DNA of 64,000 nt. Source: an uncultured Sphingobacteriales bacterium. GTDB lineage: Bacteria; Bacteroidota; Bacteroidia; Cytophagales; 172606-1. Numbering within the stretch: position 1 is the first letter of the stretch; each line of letters starts with the position of its first letter. Under the pieces are notes generated by a model. The model was not told the DNA's origin. It ran no database searches and saw nothing but the letters and a program-made list of their open reading frames with translations. Positions 10,320 through 19,066 of the stretch are shown piece by piece. The position numbers and the translations under genes were made by a program. The stretch covers positions 3,897,824 to 3,961,823 of the forward strand of contig CAWJNV010000002.1 in assembly GCA_963844325.1 (NCBI GenBank), in the 5' to 3' direction.

Positions 10320-10892
10320 TCAGGTTTCCAGCGCCACGTTGCGGTAAATGTCGGCAAGCGGTAGGTTGAGTCCGAAAGCGGCCAGGTGCAGGGAGTTGTC
10401 GAGGCCCTGGAGGGTACGGTAGTGCCAGCCGTCTTGCGCCTTTTCCCAGACGTGCAGGGCGTATTCGCGGCGCGAAACGACCACGTAAGCCAGCAGGCCC
10501 GGGATGTTGAGGTAATGGGTCAGCTTGGTGCTCAGGTCGTAGCCCTGCGTGCTTTTGGAAAGGACTTCCACGATCAGGGCCGGCTCCCGGACCGGCTTGT
10601 TGTCTTCCCGGTCGCGGGGAGAGCAGGTAACGGTAAGGTCGGAGTAGGTGTAGTACTGGTCGGCAATGACTTCCGGCAGAATGTTTTCGGTGAAAACGTC
10701 GCAGTGGCGCGGGGTGAAATGGGTGCGCAGGGCGACGTACAGGTTGCCCACACAGGCATTGTGGGACTTGGTGGTGCCGGCCACTGCGAATATTTCGCCC
10801 CGCCAGTACGCGTGCCTTTCCTCCGCCCATTCCTCCGCCCGGAAAAACTCCTCGGGCGTGTAATACCGTTTGTGCGCTACCGGATTTGCCAC
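10320..10892 (-). CDS. Uma2-family (DUF820) putative restriction-type endonuclease
   Basis: 190 aa: YYTPEEFF..EE.....YW.GEIF...G...HN..V.NL.  The pattern is characteristic of the Uma2 family. The gene is inserted between moaE and moaD. Confidence 0.6.
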   Translation of the reverse strand: MANPVAHKRYYTPEEFFRAEEWAEERHAYWRGEIFAVAGTTKSHNACVGNLYVALRTHFTPRHCDVFTENILPEVIADQYYTYSDLTVTCSPRDREDNKPVREPALIVEVLSKSTQGYDLSTKLTHYLNIPGLLAYVVVSRREYALHVWEKAQDGWHYRTLQGLDNSLHLAAFGLNLPLADIYRNVALET

Positions 10893-10898
10893 GTTGAA

Positions 10899-10930
10899 AA
10901 ATGACTAATGACCAATGACTAATGACCAAT
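10899..10930. repeat. Direct tandem array of 8-bp word (aatgacta / atgaccaa), no inverted partner
   Basis: aatgactaatgaccaatgactaatgaccaat sits in the 46-bp gap between the Uma2 gene and moaD. Confidence 0.6.
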
Positions 10931-10938
10931 ATTTTTTC

Positions 10939-11193
10939 CTACCCTCCGCTCACCGGCGGGATCAGGGCTACTTCGTCGCTTTCGGCCAGTTGCAGGTCAT
11001 CGTCGGCGTACTCGCTGTTGACGGCCACGGCCAGGGAGGAGAGGCGGCTCAGGGCGGGGTAGCGGCCCTTCAGGTCGGCCAGCAGCGCCTTTACGCTGAC
11101 GGGCCCGGCCACCTCGTATTGCAGGTGGGCGCCGCCGACAATGTCGCGGGTGACGCCGAACAAATCTACGCGGATGTGCATGGTGGTTTGCAA
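10939..11193 (-). CDS. moaD: Molybdopterin synthase sulfur-carrier subunit MoaD
   Basis: 84 aa with ThiS/MoaD-like fold and a C-terminal Gly-Gly (…IPPVSGG). Confidence 0.8.
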   Translation of the reverse strand: MQTTMHIRVDLFGVTRDIVGGAHLQYEVAGPVSVKALLADLKGRYPALSRLSSLAVAVNSEYADDDLQLAESDEVALIPPVSGG

Positions 11194-11280
11194 AATGGGG
11201 CACGTAACGGCCGCTCATCCCGGAGGGGGCCGCACAGCCGGAATAATTGCGTAATTTAGGGAGAATAATCCTGATCCGCA

Positions 11281-12288
11281 GTGGCCCTTACTCAACCTTC
11301 GCTCCTCGACAACCACGGCCGGCCGGTCAACTACCTGCGCCTGGCCGTCACGGACCGCTGTAACCTCCGGTGCTTCTACTGCATGCCCGAGGAGGGCATC
11401 CAGTACCTGCCCAAAAAGGCGCTGCTCACCTACGAAGAGATGGAACGCACTGTGCGCGTACTGGCCGGACTGGGCGTAAACAAGGTGCGCATCACCGGCG
11501 GCGAACCGTTCGTGCGCAACGGCCTGCTCGGCTTCCTGCGACGCCTGGGCGAGATTCCCGGCGTGGAGGCGCTGCACCTGACCACCAACGGCGTGCTCAC
11601 CGCGCCCCACGTGGCCGAACTGAAAGCCCTGGGCGTCCGCAGCGTCAACCTGAGCCTCGACACGCTGGACCGCGACCGCTTCCGCCACATCACCCGCCGC
11701 GACGAACTGCCCCGGGTGCTCGATACGCTCTACGCCTTGCTCGGCGTGGGCATCGAAGTGAAGATCAACATGGTGGTGATGGAGGGCAAAAACACGCAGG
11801 ACATCGGGCCCATGGCCGAACTCACCCGGCAGCACCCGGTGGCCGTCCGCTTCATCGAAGAGATGCCCTTCAACGGCGAAGGAGCCCGCCTGGCAGGCTT
11901 TACCTGGAACTACCGCCGCATCCTCGACGAACTAAAATCCGCTTACCCGGGCCTCTACAAGCTGAACGACGAACCCAATGCCACCGCCTACGGGTACGGC
12001 GTGCCGGGCCACGCGGGCACGTTCGGGGTCATTGCCGCCTTCAGCCGGAGCTTCTGCGGCACCTGCAACCGCATCCGCCTCACGGCGCAGGGCGTGCTCA
12101 AAACCTGCCTCTACGACGAAGGGGTGCTGGACCTCCGCCAACTGCTCCGCGGCGGGGCCACCGACGAGGCGCTGGCCGACGCCTTCCGCAACGCCTTCCG
12201 CCACCGCGCCAAAGACGGCTTCGAAGCCGAGTCCCGCCGCAATTCGCACCACCCGGCATCGGAATCCATGTCCACGATTGGGGGGTAG
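11281..12288 (+). CDS. moaA: GTP 3',8-cyclase MoaA (radical SAM)
   Basis: 335 aa: NYLRLAVTDRCNLRCFYCMPEEG carries the CxxxCxxC radical-SAM motif. C-terminal Cys residues are also present. Confidence 0.9.
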   Translation: MALTQPSLLDNHGRPVNYLRLAVTDRCNLRCFYCMPEEGIQYLPKKALLTYEEMERTVRVLAGLGVNKVRITGGEPFVRNGLLGFLRRLGEIPGVEALHLTTNGVLTAPHVAELKALGVRSVNLSLDTLDRDRFRHITRRDELPRVLDTLYALLGVGIEVKINMVVMEGKNTQDIGPMAELTRQHPVAVRFIEEMPFNGEGARLAGFTWNYRRILDELKSAYPGLYKLNDEPNATAYGYGVPGHAGTFGVIAAFSRSFCGTCNRIRLTAQGVLKTCLYDEGVLDLRQLLRGGATDEALADAFRNAFRHRAKDGFEAESRRNSHHPASESMSTIGG

Positions 12289-12329
12289 GACGTGGAATAA
12301 ATTTTAATTCGCATCCCCAGCATTCACGA

Positions 12330-12527
12330 ATGAAAATCCGGACTTCCCTGCTGCTGGTCCTGGTTGGTTTGTTCTTCCTTTCCATGCTTTTGGCGGGGGC
12401 TCACGGGCACCTGCGTTTCAGAGCCCATCGCGGTGAGGATTGGATTCTTTTTGGCCTGACTGCGCTGACACTTGGTACTGATTTGTTTACGCTGGCCCGA
12501 AAAGCATTTAAACGGATCAAGAGCTAA
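12330..12527 (+). CDS. Small hypothetical membrane protein (~65 aa, two TM helices)
   Basis: ATG at 12330: MKIRTSLLLVLVGLFFLSMLLAGAHG...ILFGLTALTLGTDLFTL. Local GC is lower than the flanks. Confidence 0.3.
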   Translation: MKIRTSLLLVLVGLFFLSMLLAGAHGHLRFRAHRGEDWILFGLTALTLGTDLFTLARKAFKRIKS

Positions 12528-12600
12528 CAACAATTGCGGGCAAGCCTGATCAGGTGCCATACTGGAAAAGCAAAATGAAGGATTTTGTAAAGTCAGGAAA

Positions 12601-13197
12601 ATGAGCAAGCAAACCGGCACGGGAAGCGAGGGTTTCTGGCTCACGCGGACGTGTAGAGATTGTGGATGGGAAGACCGCATTGCCTTAACCAAACGCGAAG
12701 CAGCGTTTCGATTGTATGATGCCCGGTCCATGGAGAACAAAGCTTGTACGCGGTGCGGGTCGTTTGCATGCCTTTCTGTTTCACGCGGGTTGGTTGAATT
12801 GGATCAGCAACTGCTCGATGAGTGGGGAATGAATGCCGGGTTGACCCTGTTGGATCAAGACGAAGAGTTACTTTTAGCCGAACCAGCGTACCTGCCAATG
12901 GTGTTGCGGGCGGTGGATGAGCAGTTATACCTGCCCTGGAAGATTGACCTCCTGCTGTCCTCGCTTTGCGTGCTGCTGTATGAGCACACGGCAGACCCGG
13001 ATGAGTATACCCCGGAGGAAAACCTGGACAGGAAACAAATCGCCGACCGGGTGAGGCCGGAATTGGCGCAGCGAAAGGAGGCAGTCAAAAGGGCGGCCGG
13101 ATTTATGAGCAGTTATGTTCAAGATGTTGTTTTTCCCCGGATAGGTTTGGGAAAAACGGGAGAGGAAACGGATTACCCCAACAACTTAATTTTCTAA
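12601..13197 (+). CDS. Hypothetical protein with CxxC...CxxC zinc-ribbon-like N-terminus
   Basis: 198-aa ORF: CRDCGW...x29...CTRCGS. It has a lower-GC codon composition than neighbouring genes. Confidence 0.4.
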   Translation: MSKQTGTGSEGFWLTRTCRDCGWEDRIALTKREAAFRLYDARSMENKACTRCGSFACLSVSRGLVELDQQLLDEWGMNAGLTLLDQDEELLLAEPAYLPMVLRAVDEQLYLPWKIDLLLSSLCVLLYEHTADPDEYTPEENLDRKQIADRVRPELAQRKEAVKRAAGFMSSYVQDVVFPRIGLGKTGEETDYPNNLIF

Positions 13198-13206
13198 CCA
13201 ATACGC

Positions 13207-13635
13207 ATGATCACGCACCACGACCTGGCTCCGCTGCGCTTGAAAGACTTCCTGCCCCAAACCGACCGGATCGAAGCAGTGGATGGCTGGGAATTCATGG
13301 ACAAGGTCTGGCTGGGCGAAGTGTACGGCTTTACCGAGTGGCTCCGGTTGCGGGAAGACCCGGAAGTGCTCCGTTCCGTTTCGCTGGACCTGGCGGACCT
13401 GGACCAGGAAACAGCCGACCGCATCCTGTCAACCTTGCAACTGCCGCTGGAATACGGAATGGAGCTGGAGGAGGTTAACGGAGTGCTGGGGGAGCCGTCC
13501 GGGCAGGTGCAGTTGGTGCCCAACCGGATCACCTACGAATATTTGGTTGGAAATCAGGAGAAATACTATATTTCTGCAACCATCGACCGGCTTGACGGCC
13601 TGGTGTACCTGGTGGCAATCGCCAAAGAGGAATAA
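13207..13635 (+). CDS. Hypothetical acidic protein
   Basis: 142-aa ORF starts 10 bp after the previous ORF. It has lower GC and no recognisable motifs. Confidence 0.35.
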   Translation: MITHHDLAPLRLKDFLPQTDRIEAVDGWEFMDKVWLGEVYGFTEWLRLREDPEVLRSVSLDLADLDQETADRILSTLQLPLEYGMELEEVNGVLGEPSGQVQLVPNRITYEYLVGNQEKYYISATIDRLDGLVYLVAIAKEE

Positions 13636-13645
13636 AAACAACCCA

Positions 13646-14140
13646 TTGAAAAACATCTTTACCCTGCTGTTGCTGCTCACGGTGGCCTACGACGGCGCCG
13701 GTCAGGCCGGCACGGAACCGGCCGACAAAGTGGTGGTGTACAAAAGCAAACGGCAGCTGCAACTGCTCCGCGCGGGCAAGGTACTGCGCACGTACCGCAT
13801 CGCCCTGGGGGACAACCCGAAGGGGCACAAACGGCAGGAGGGCGACGAAAAGACGCCCGAGGGCGCTTACGTGCTCGACTGGCGCAACCCCAACAGCCGC
13901 TACTACAAATCCATTCACATTTCCTACCCCAACGCGCAGGACCAGCAGCAGGCCCGGCGACGCGGCGTGTCACCCGGCGGCGACATCATGGTCCACGGTC
14001 GGAACGGGCCGACCGTACTGCCCGACGGTACCTGGAAATGGAAGGACTGGACCGATGGCTGCATTGCCGTTACGAACACCGAGATGGACGAAATCTGGAA
14101 GATGGTCAAAAACGGCACGCCCATCCACATCAATCCGTAG
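13646..14140 (+). CDS. L,D-transpeptidase (YkuD/ErfK family), secreted
   Basis: TTG start in frame: MKNIFTLLLLLTVAYDG (signal), then ...HISYPNAQD...VHG...DGCIAV. These are the catalytic His/Cys of YkuD-type L,D-transpeptidases. Confidence 0.65.
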   Translation: MKNIFTLLLLLTVAYDGAGQAGTEPADKVVVYKSKRQLQLLRAGKVLRTYRIALGDNPKGHKRQEGDEKTPEGAYVLDWRNPNSRYYKSIHISYPNAQDQQQARRRGVSPGGDIMVHGRNGPTVLPDGTWKWKDWTDGCIAVTNTEMDEIWKMVKNGTPIHINP

Positions 14141-14176
14141 CCTACCCACCAACAACGAGCAACGAACAACCCTCCC

Positions 14177-15316
14177 TCAGTACCGCTCCATCTCCTCGTC
14201 AATTTCCCGCGCCCAGGCGTCGATGCCGCCTTCCAGGTTGTAGAGGTTGGTAAAGCCGAACTCGGCTCGTAGCTGCTGCACCGCCCTTTCGCTCCGGCCG
14301 CCGAAGTGGCAGTACACCACCACCGGCCGGTCGCGGGGAATCTCGCCGGCCTGCGCCGCCACGTGCCGGAGCGGCACCAGCGTAGCCCCTTCCAGGCGGC
14401 ACACCTCGTACTCGTGGGGTTCCCGCACGTCGAGCAGGGCCACCGCTTCCCCGGCTTCCAGCTTGTCGTGCAGTTCGTGCACGGTGAGGGATTTAACGAC
14501 ATCGGCTTTTTCGTCGGCCGGGGCGCCGGCCCGGCAGAAAGCTTCGTAGTCGATCAGCCCGGTGACCTGGGCGGCGCGCGGGGTGCGGCGGAAGCGGATC
14601 TTGCGGAACGAGGTTTCGAGCAGGTCCAGCAGGAGCAGTTCGCCGCTCAGCACGTTGCCGTTGCCGGTGAGGGCCTTTACTACCTCGGTGGCTTGCAGCA
14701 GACCCACCACGCCCGGCAGCACGCCCAGCACCCCGGCTTCGGCGCAGTTGGGCACCTGGTCGGGCGGGGGCGGCTCGGCGAACAGGCAGCGGTACGTGGG
14801 CCCCGGCGCCCCGTCCGGCCCCGCGTGGTTGAACACCGACACCTGTCCCTCGAACCGGTGAATGGCCCCGTACACGAACGGTTTGCCGAGCAGCACACAG
14901 GCGTCGTTGATCAGGTAGCGGGCCGGGAAGTTGTCGGTGCAGTCCACCACCCAGTCGTACCCCGCCAGCAACTCCAGCGCATTGCTGCTCGACAAGTGGG
15001 CCGCGTGGACCGACACCGTGATCAGCGGGTTCATTTCCCGCAGGCGGCGGGCGGCCGTTTCGGCTTTGGGCCGGCCCACGTCGCCGGTCCCGTAGAGGAC
15101 CTGCCGGTGCAGGTTGCTGGCCGACACCACGTCGCCGTCGGCAATGCCCAGGGTACCCACGCCGGCAGCGGCCAGGTACAGCAGCACCGGGCAGCCCAGG
15201 CCCCCGGCACCGACCACCAGCACCTTGGCCCGTTTGAGTTTTTCCTGGCCTTCCGGACCCATGCCGGGCAACACCATCTGCCGGGCGTACCGGCCCCATT
15301 CTTCCTGACTAAGCAT
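14177..15316 (-). CDS. moeB: Molybdopterin-synthase adenylyltransferase MoeB/MoeZ with C-terminal rhodanese domain
   Basis: 379 aa: VLVVGAGGLGCPVLLYLAAAGVG is the ThiF/MoeB nucleotide fold. CxxC pairs are present. The C-terminal VYCHFGGRS is the rhodanese active-site Cys loop. Confidence 0.85.
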   Translation of the reverse strand: MLSQEEWGRYARQMVLPGMGPEGQEKLKRAKVLVVGAGGLGCPVLLYLAAAGVGTLGIADGDVVSASNLHRQVLYGTGDVGRPKAETAARRLREMNPLITVSVHAAHLSSSNALELLAGYDWVVDCTDNFPARYLINDACVLLGKPFVYGAIHRFEGQVSVFNHAGPDGAPGPTYRCLFAEPPPPDQVPNCAEAGVLGVLPGVVGLLQATEVVKALTGNGNVLSGELLLLDLLETSFRKIRFRRTPRAAQVTGLIDYEAFCRAGAPADEKADVVKSLTVHELHDKLEAGEAVALLDVREPHEYEVCRLEGATLVPLRHVAAQAGEIPRDRPVVVYCHFGGRSERAVQQLRAEFGFTNLYNLEGGIDAWAREIDEEMERY

Positions 15317-15320
15317 AAAA

Positions 15321-15368
15321 ATAATTACGAATTACGAATGACGAATGACGAATGACGAATGACGAATT
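15321..15368. repeat. Direct tandem array of 8-bp word (gaatgacg x4) between moeB start and modC end
   Basis: ataattacgaattacgaatgacgaatgacgaatgacgaatgacgaatt. Confidence 0.6.
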
Positions 15369-15370
15369 AT

Positions 15371-16249
15371 CTACTCAACCCTGGTAATGCGCAAATCCAG
15401 CAGCCGGGCCGAAAGGTGCACCCGGTCGCCCACCGTCAGTGTCTGGGCTTCCGCTGCCGGCATCATCCCCGTAACCACCTGCTGCCCATCAGACTGCACC
15501 CGTACCAGGCATTCCCCGCCGGCTCCGGTCACCGCGAGGACCCGGCCGTAGCCTTCGATCCCGTCGTTTGGCGCGCCGGCGCCCGGGAGGTCTTGCGGGG
15601 AACCCTGGTGTACCAGCCGGCCGTGGTCCATTTCCAGCACGTAGTCGGGGAGTTGGTAAATCTCCACGGGGTCGTGGCTCACCAGGATCGTGGTGAGGCC
15701 GAACTGGCGGTGGAAGGCCAGCAACTCGCTACGCAACGTGCTTTTGGTGGCAATGTCGAGGGCGGCAAACGGCTCGTCGAGGAGCAGCAGTTTGGGCTGC
15801 CGCACCAGCGTCCGGGCCAGGGCCACCCGTTGCTGTTGCCCGCCCGACAAGGTAGCCGGCCGACGGTTCGCCAGGCCCGTGAGCCCGGTGCGTTCGAGCA
15901 GGTCCGTTACCCGCCCCGCGTGCTTTTTGTCGTCGAGCCCGAAGGCCACATTTTCCCGCACCGTCAGGTTGGGAAACAGGGCGTAATCCTGGAACACCAG
16001 TCCCACGGCGCGGCGCTGCGGGGGCACCGATACCCTGTGGCGGGTGTCGAGCCAGGTTTCTTCGCCGACCGTCACCGTGCCGGCCTCCGGCTGCACCAGC
16101 CCCGCCAGGATTTTGAGCAGCGTGGTTTTGCCCGCCCCCGACGGCCCGTGGAGCGTCGCGAAGCTGCCCGGCGCCAGCGCAAAAGCGGCCTCCAGGTGCG
16201 CCTCGCCGGTAGCCAGGGAAAGTTTTTTGCGCACGTCCACCCGGATCAT
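15371..16249 (-). CDS. modC: Molybdate ABC transporter ATP-binding protein ModC (with C-terminal TOBE-like domain)
   Basis: Internal start MIRVDV... then GPSGAGKTT (Walker A), LSGGQQQRVALARTL (ABC signature) and LLLDEP (Walker B). It overlaps modB by 4 bp. Confidence 0.8.
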   Translation of the reverse strand: MIRVDVRKKLSLATGEAHLEAAFALAPGSFATLHGPSGAGKTTLLKILAGLVQPEAGTVTVGEETWLDTRHRVSVPPQRRAVGLVFQDYALFPNLTVRENVAFGLDDKKHAGRVTDLLERTGLTGLANRRPATLSGGQQQRVALARTLVRQPKLLLLDEPFAALDIATKSTLRSELLAFHRQFGLTTILVSHDPVEIYQLPDYVLEMDHGRLVHQGSPQDLPGAGAPNDGIEGYGRVLAVTGAGGECLVRVQSDGQQVVTGMMPAAEAQTLTVGDRVHLSARLLDLRITRVE

Positions 16250-16920
16250 CGGGCCGGCCGCCTCCCGAACCGGTGGTTGATGACGTACACGAACAACAGG
16301 ATGGCGAAAGAAAGGGCCAGCAGGATCGCCGAGTACCCGTGCGCCGCCGCGTAGTTGAGCGATTCCACCTCGTCGTACACGGCAATGGAGGCCACGCGGG
16401 TTTCGCCGGGCAAGTTGCCCCCGATCATCAGCACCAGGCCAAACTCGCCGATGGTGTGGGCAAACGACAGCACTGCCCCCGTGAAGATGGCCGTTCTGAC
16501 GTTGGGCAACAGCACCCGGAAGGCCGTTTGCAGCGGCGACTTGCCCAGCGTGTAGGCGGCTTCCCGCAGCGAACCGGGCAGGTTGACCAGCCCGGCGTGC
16601 ACGGGTTGCACCATGAACGGCAGGCTGTACACCACCGACGCCAGCACCAGCCCTTCGAACGAAAACACCAATTGCAGCCCCAGCCATTCTTGCAGCAGCG
16701 TACCCAGCCGGCCGGCGGGGCTAAAGGCCAGCAGCCAGTAAAAACCCAGCACCGACGGGGGCAGCACCAGGGGCAGGCTCAGCACGGCCTCCGCCACGGG
16801 CCGGAGCCGCGTGCGGGTGTAGGCCAGCCAGTACCCCATCGGAATGCCCACCAGCAGCAACAGGCCCGTAGTGACCGTCGCCAGTTTCAGGGTCAGCCAC
16901 AGCGGGGAAAGGTCGGGCAT
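16246..16920 (-). CDS. modB: Molybdate ABC transporter permease ModB
   Basis: 224-aa polytopic membrane protein. It has the EAA-like loop (EAAYTLGKSPLQTFRVLLP) typical of ModB/CysT-type permeases. Confidence 0.8.
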   Translation of the reverse strand: MPDLSPLWLTLKLATVTTGLLLLVGIPMGYWLAYTRTRLRPVAEAVLSLPLVLPPSVLGFYWLLAFSPAGRLGTLLQEWLGLQLVFSFEGLVLASVVYSLPFMVQPVHAGLVNLPGSLREAAYTLGKSPLQTAFRVLLPNVRTAIFTGAVLSFAHTIGEFGLVLMIGGNLPGETRVASIAVYDEVESLNYAAAHGYSAILLALSFAILLFVYVINHRFGRRPAR

Positions 16921-16947
16921 AAAAGTAATCAGTGGTTAACGTTCGTA

Positions 16948-16970
16948 GAGACGCGATTTATCGCGTCTTC
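16948..16970. other. Intra-operon hairpin between modA and modB with adjacent direct repeat atcgcgtcttc
   Basis: gagacgcgat tt atcgcgtcttc is a near-perfect inverted repeat. It is followed by a second copy of atcgcgtcttc at 16981-16991. Confidence 0.3.
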
Positions 16971-17048
16971 ATAAGATGTATCGCGTCTTCGTAAGGATAG
17001 TTGGCAAGCAGGGGTGAACCGCAACCGGACCGGTCACGCCCACCATTT

Positions 17049-17837
17049 TTAGTTTTCGATCAATTCCGTAAGATAGCCGTATTTTCTAAAAATGGCTTTG
17101 GCCGTGGCGCCGGACAGGAACTGGTAGAACTGCCGGGCGCCGGCGGAATTGCCTTTTTTGAGCAGCACCACGCTTTGGGCAATGGGTTGGTACGCCTTCC
17201 GGTCCACTTCCACCCAGGCGCCTTTGCCCTTGGCGGCCGGGTCGAGTACCACCGACTTGGCCGTAAAACCCACCGGGGCGGCGCCCGACAACACGTATTG
17301 GTTCACCTGGGCGATGCTTTCGCCGAATACCAGCTTTTGGGCTACCCGCGGGTACAGCTTGTAGTAGGTGAGGGCCTGCACGGCCGCCTCGCCGTAGGGG
17401 GCCAGCCGGGGGTTGGCTACCGCAATTCTGGCAATGTCGGCGCCGGTAAGGAAATTCAAATTCTGGGGCAGGGCCCGTTTCCGGCCGCTCCACAGCACCA
17501 GCGAACCGTAGGCGTACACCTTAGGGGCTTCGGCCGCAAAGCCGGCCTTGTGCAGTTCGTCGGGGTACTTGGTGTCGGCCGACAGGAACACTTCGTACGG
17601 GGCGCCGCTGCGGATCTGCGCCGTCAGCTTGCCCGACGAACTCACAATCGGTTCCAGGTCCGTGCCCGATTCGGCTTTAAAAGCTTTCCGCAACGCCTCC
17701 GCCACAAACTGCGCGTTGGCGGCCACGGCCACCTTCACTGCCTGCGCCGCCAGCCGGGGGCCCGGGAGGAACGTGAGGAGCAGCAGGAGGGGGAAGAAGC
17801 GGCGGATGCCTTGGGGCATTGCGAACAAAAGGAACAT
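17049..17837 (-). CDS. modA: Molybdate-binding periplasmic protein ModA
   Basis: 262 aa with a signal peptide: ...VAVAANAQF....SSSGKL..QI..GAP.DVF.SAD. This is the ModA family pattern. Confidence 0.8.
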   Translation of the reverse strand: MFLLFAMPQGIRRFFPLLLLLTFLPGPRLAAQAVKVAVAANAQFVAEALRKAFKAESGTDLEPIVSSSGKLTAQIRSGAPYEVFLSADTKYPDELHKAGFAAEAPKVYAYGSLVLWSGRKRALPQNLNFLTGADIARIAVANPRLAPYGEAAVQALTYYKLYPRVAQKLVFGESIAQVNQYVLSGAAPVGFTAKSVVLDPAAKGKGAWVEVDRKAYQPIAQSVVLLKKGNSAGARQFYQFLSGATAKAIFRKYGYLTELIEN

Positions 17838-18068
17838 GAATTTGGGTGGAAGTGGGTCCTAAAATACGGATAACCCACAAATTCATTGTTCTAACGAAAT
17901 TCCAATTGCCCACTGTCCCGAAACGGAAATTCCTTCAGGTTGAGAGAACGGCGGGAGTAATACGAAGGTGTGTTCTGGATAGATACATATATGTTAAGTA
18001 GTATTTGCTCTTATTCTGTTCCATATTATTCGAAAAAAGCATCAATCCACTGAGTTGTTGGAGTTCTT

Positions 18069-18207
18069 CCGCCAAACGCCGTGCTTGTCATTCTGAGCTT
18101 GCGAAGAATCCGGTACAAAAACACGGATTGCTGGGATGATCACACCTCTACACGAGTTATTCACCAGATGCTTCCTTCGTCAGCATGACAAGCACGGCGT
18201 TTGGCGG
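18069..18207. repeat. Long imperfect hairpin in the modA 5' leader (23-bp perfect outer arms)
   Basis: ccgccaaacgccgtgcttgtcat (18069-18091) is the exact reverse complement of atgacaagcacggcgtttggcgg (18185-18207). Partial inner complementarity continues inward. Confidence 0.6.
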
Positions 18208-18587
18208 GGAGACCCGAAAAGGTTGATTATGAATGTTTTAATTGGGCGTGTGTCCATCGGCCGATACCTTTTTTTAAGTACGTACGTGACCGCATAAGAC
18301 ACAACCACCTTGTCGCCGGGCCGCCGGGTACGCAGTCCCCCTTGCGGGTTGGCTTCAGGGGAGGGAAGGGGGGAGGGGGATGACTGGTTTACTTATCAAA
18401 TGACGCGACGTGACATAAGGCGCTGTAAGCCAATCGGCTGCTCTTTTGTTGCGTGCTCCGCGCCCCCGGCGGTTTAAAAAACAACCGCGTTCCCTCCTCC
18501 GGCCTCCTTTCCTCCGGTCTCCGGCCTCCTTTAACTTTCGGTCTCCCGTCTCCTTTTTTCCCTACCTTTGGTGCAATCCTTTCGATT

Positions 18588-18992
18588 ATGAAAACTGCCA
18601 GCAGCATCGTGCTCTTCGACGGGGTGTGCAACCTGTGCAACGGGGCCGTGCAATTCATCATCAACCGCGACCCGGAAGGGCGTTTTGCCTTTGCTTCCCT
18701 GCAATCGGCGACGGGGCAGGCCCGGCTCCGGCAGTTCGGGCTGTCTACGAATGCGTTGGACACGTTCGTACTGGTGGAAGGGGGGAAGGCCTACACCCGT
18801 TCCACGGCCGCCCTCCGCATCGCCCGGCGGTTGCCCGGCGCCTGGCGGTTCCTGTACGCCCTGATGATCATTCCCCGTCCCGTCCGCGACTGGGTGTACG
18901 GGCTGGTGGCCCGCAACCGCTACCGCCTCTTCGGCCGCCGCGACGCCTGCCTGATTCCCACCCCGGAGCTGAAGGCCAAATTCCTGGAATGA
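18588..18992 (+). CDS. Thiol-disulfide oxidoreductase DCC family (DUF393)
   Basis: MKTASSIVLFDGVCNLCNGAVQFI...  The FDGxCxLC motif is diagnostic of DCC proteins. Confidence 0.75.
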   Translation: MKTASSIVLFDGVCNLCNGAVQFIINRDPEGRFAFASLQSATGQARLRQFGLSTNALDTFVLVEGGKAYTRSTAALRIARRLPGAWRFLYALMIIPRPVRDWVYGLVARNRYRLFGRRDACLIPTPELKAKFLE

Positions 18993-19066
18993 TGGTCAGA
19001 AAGTTGTAAGCATACGCTGGCATTCGAACAACGAACAACGAATAACCAACAACTCCTTATCTGTTC

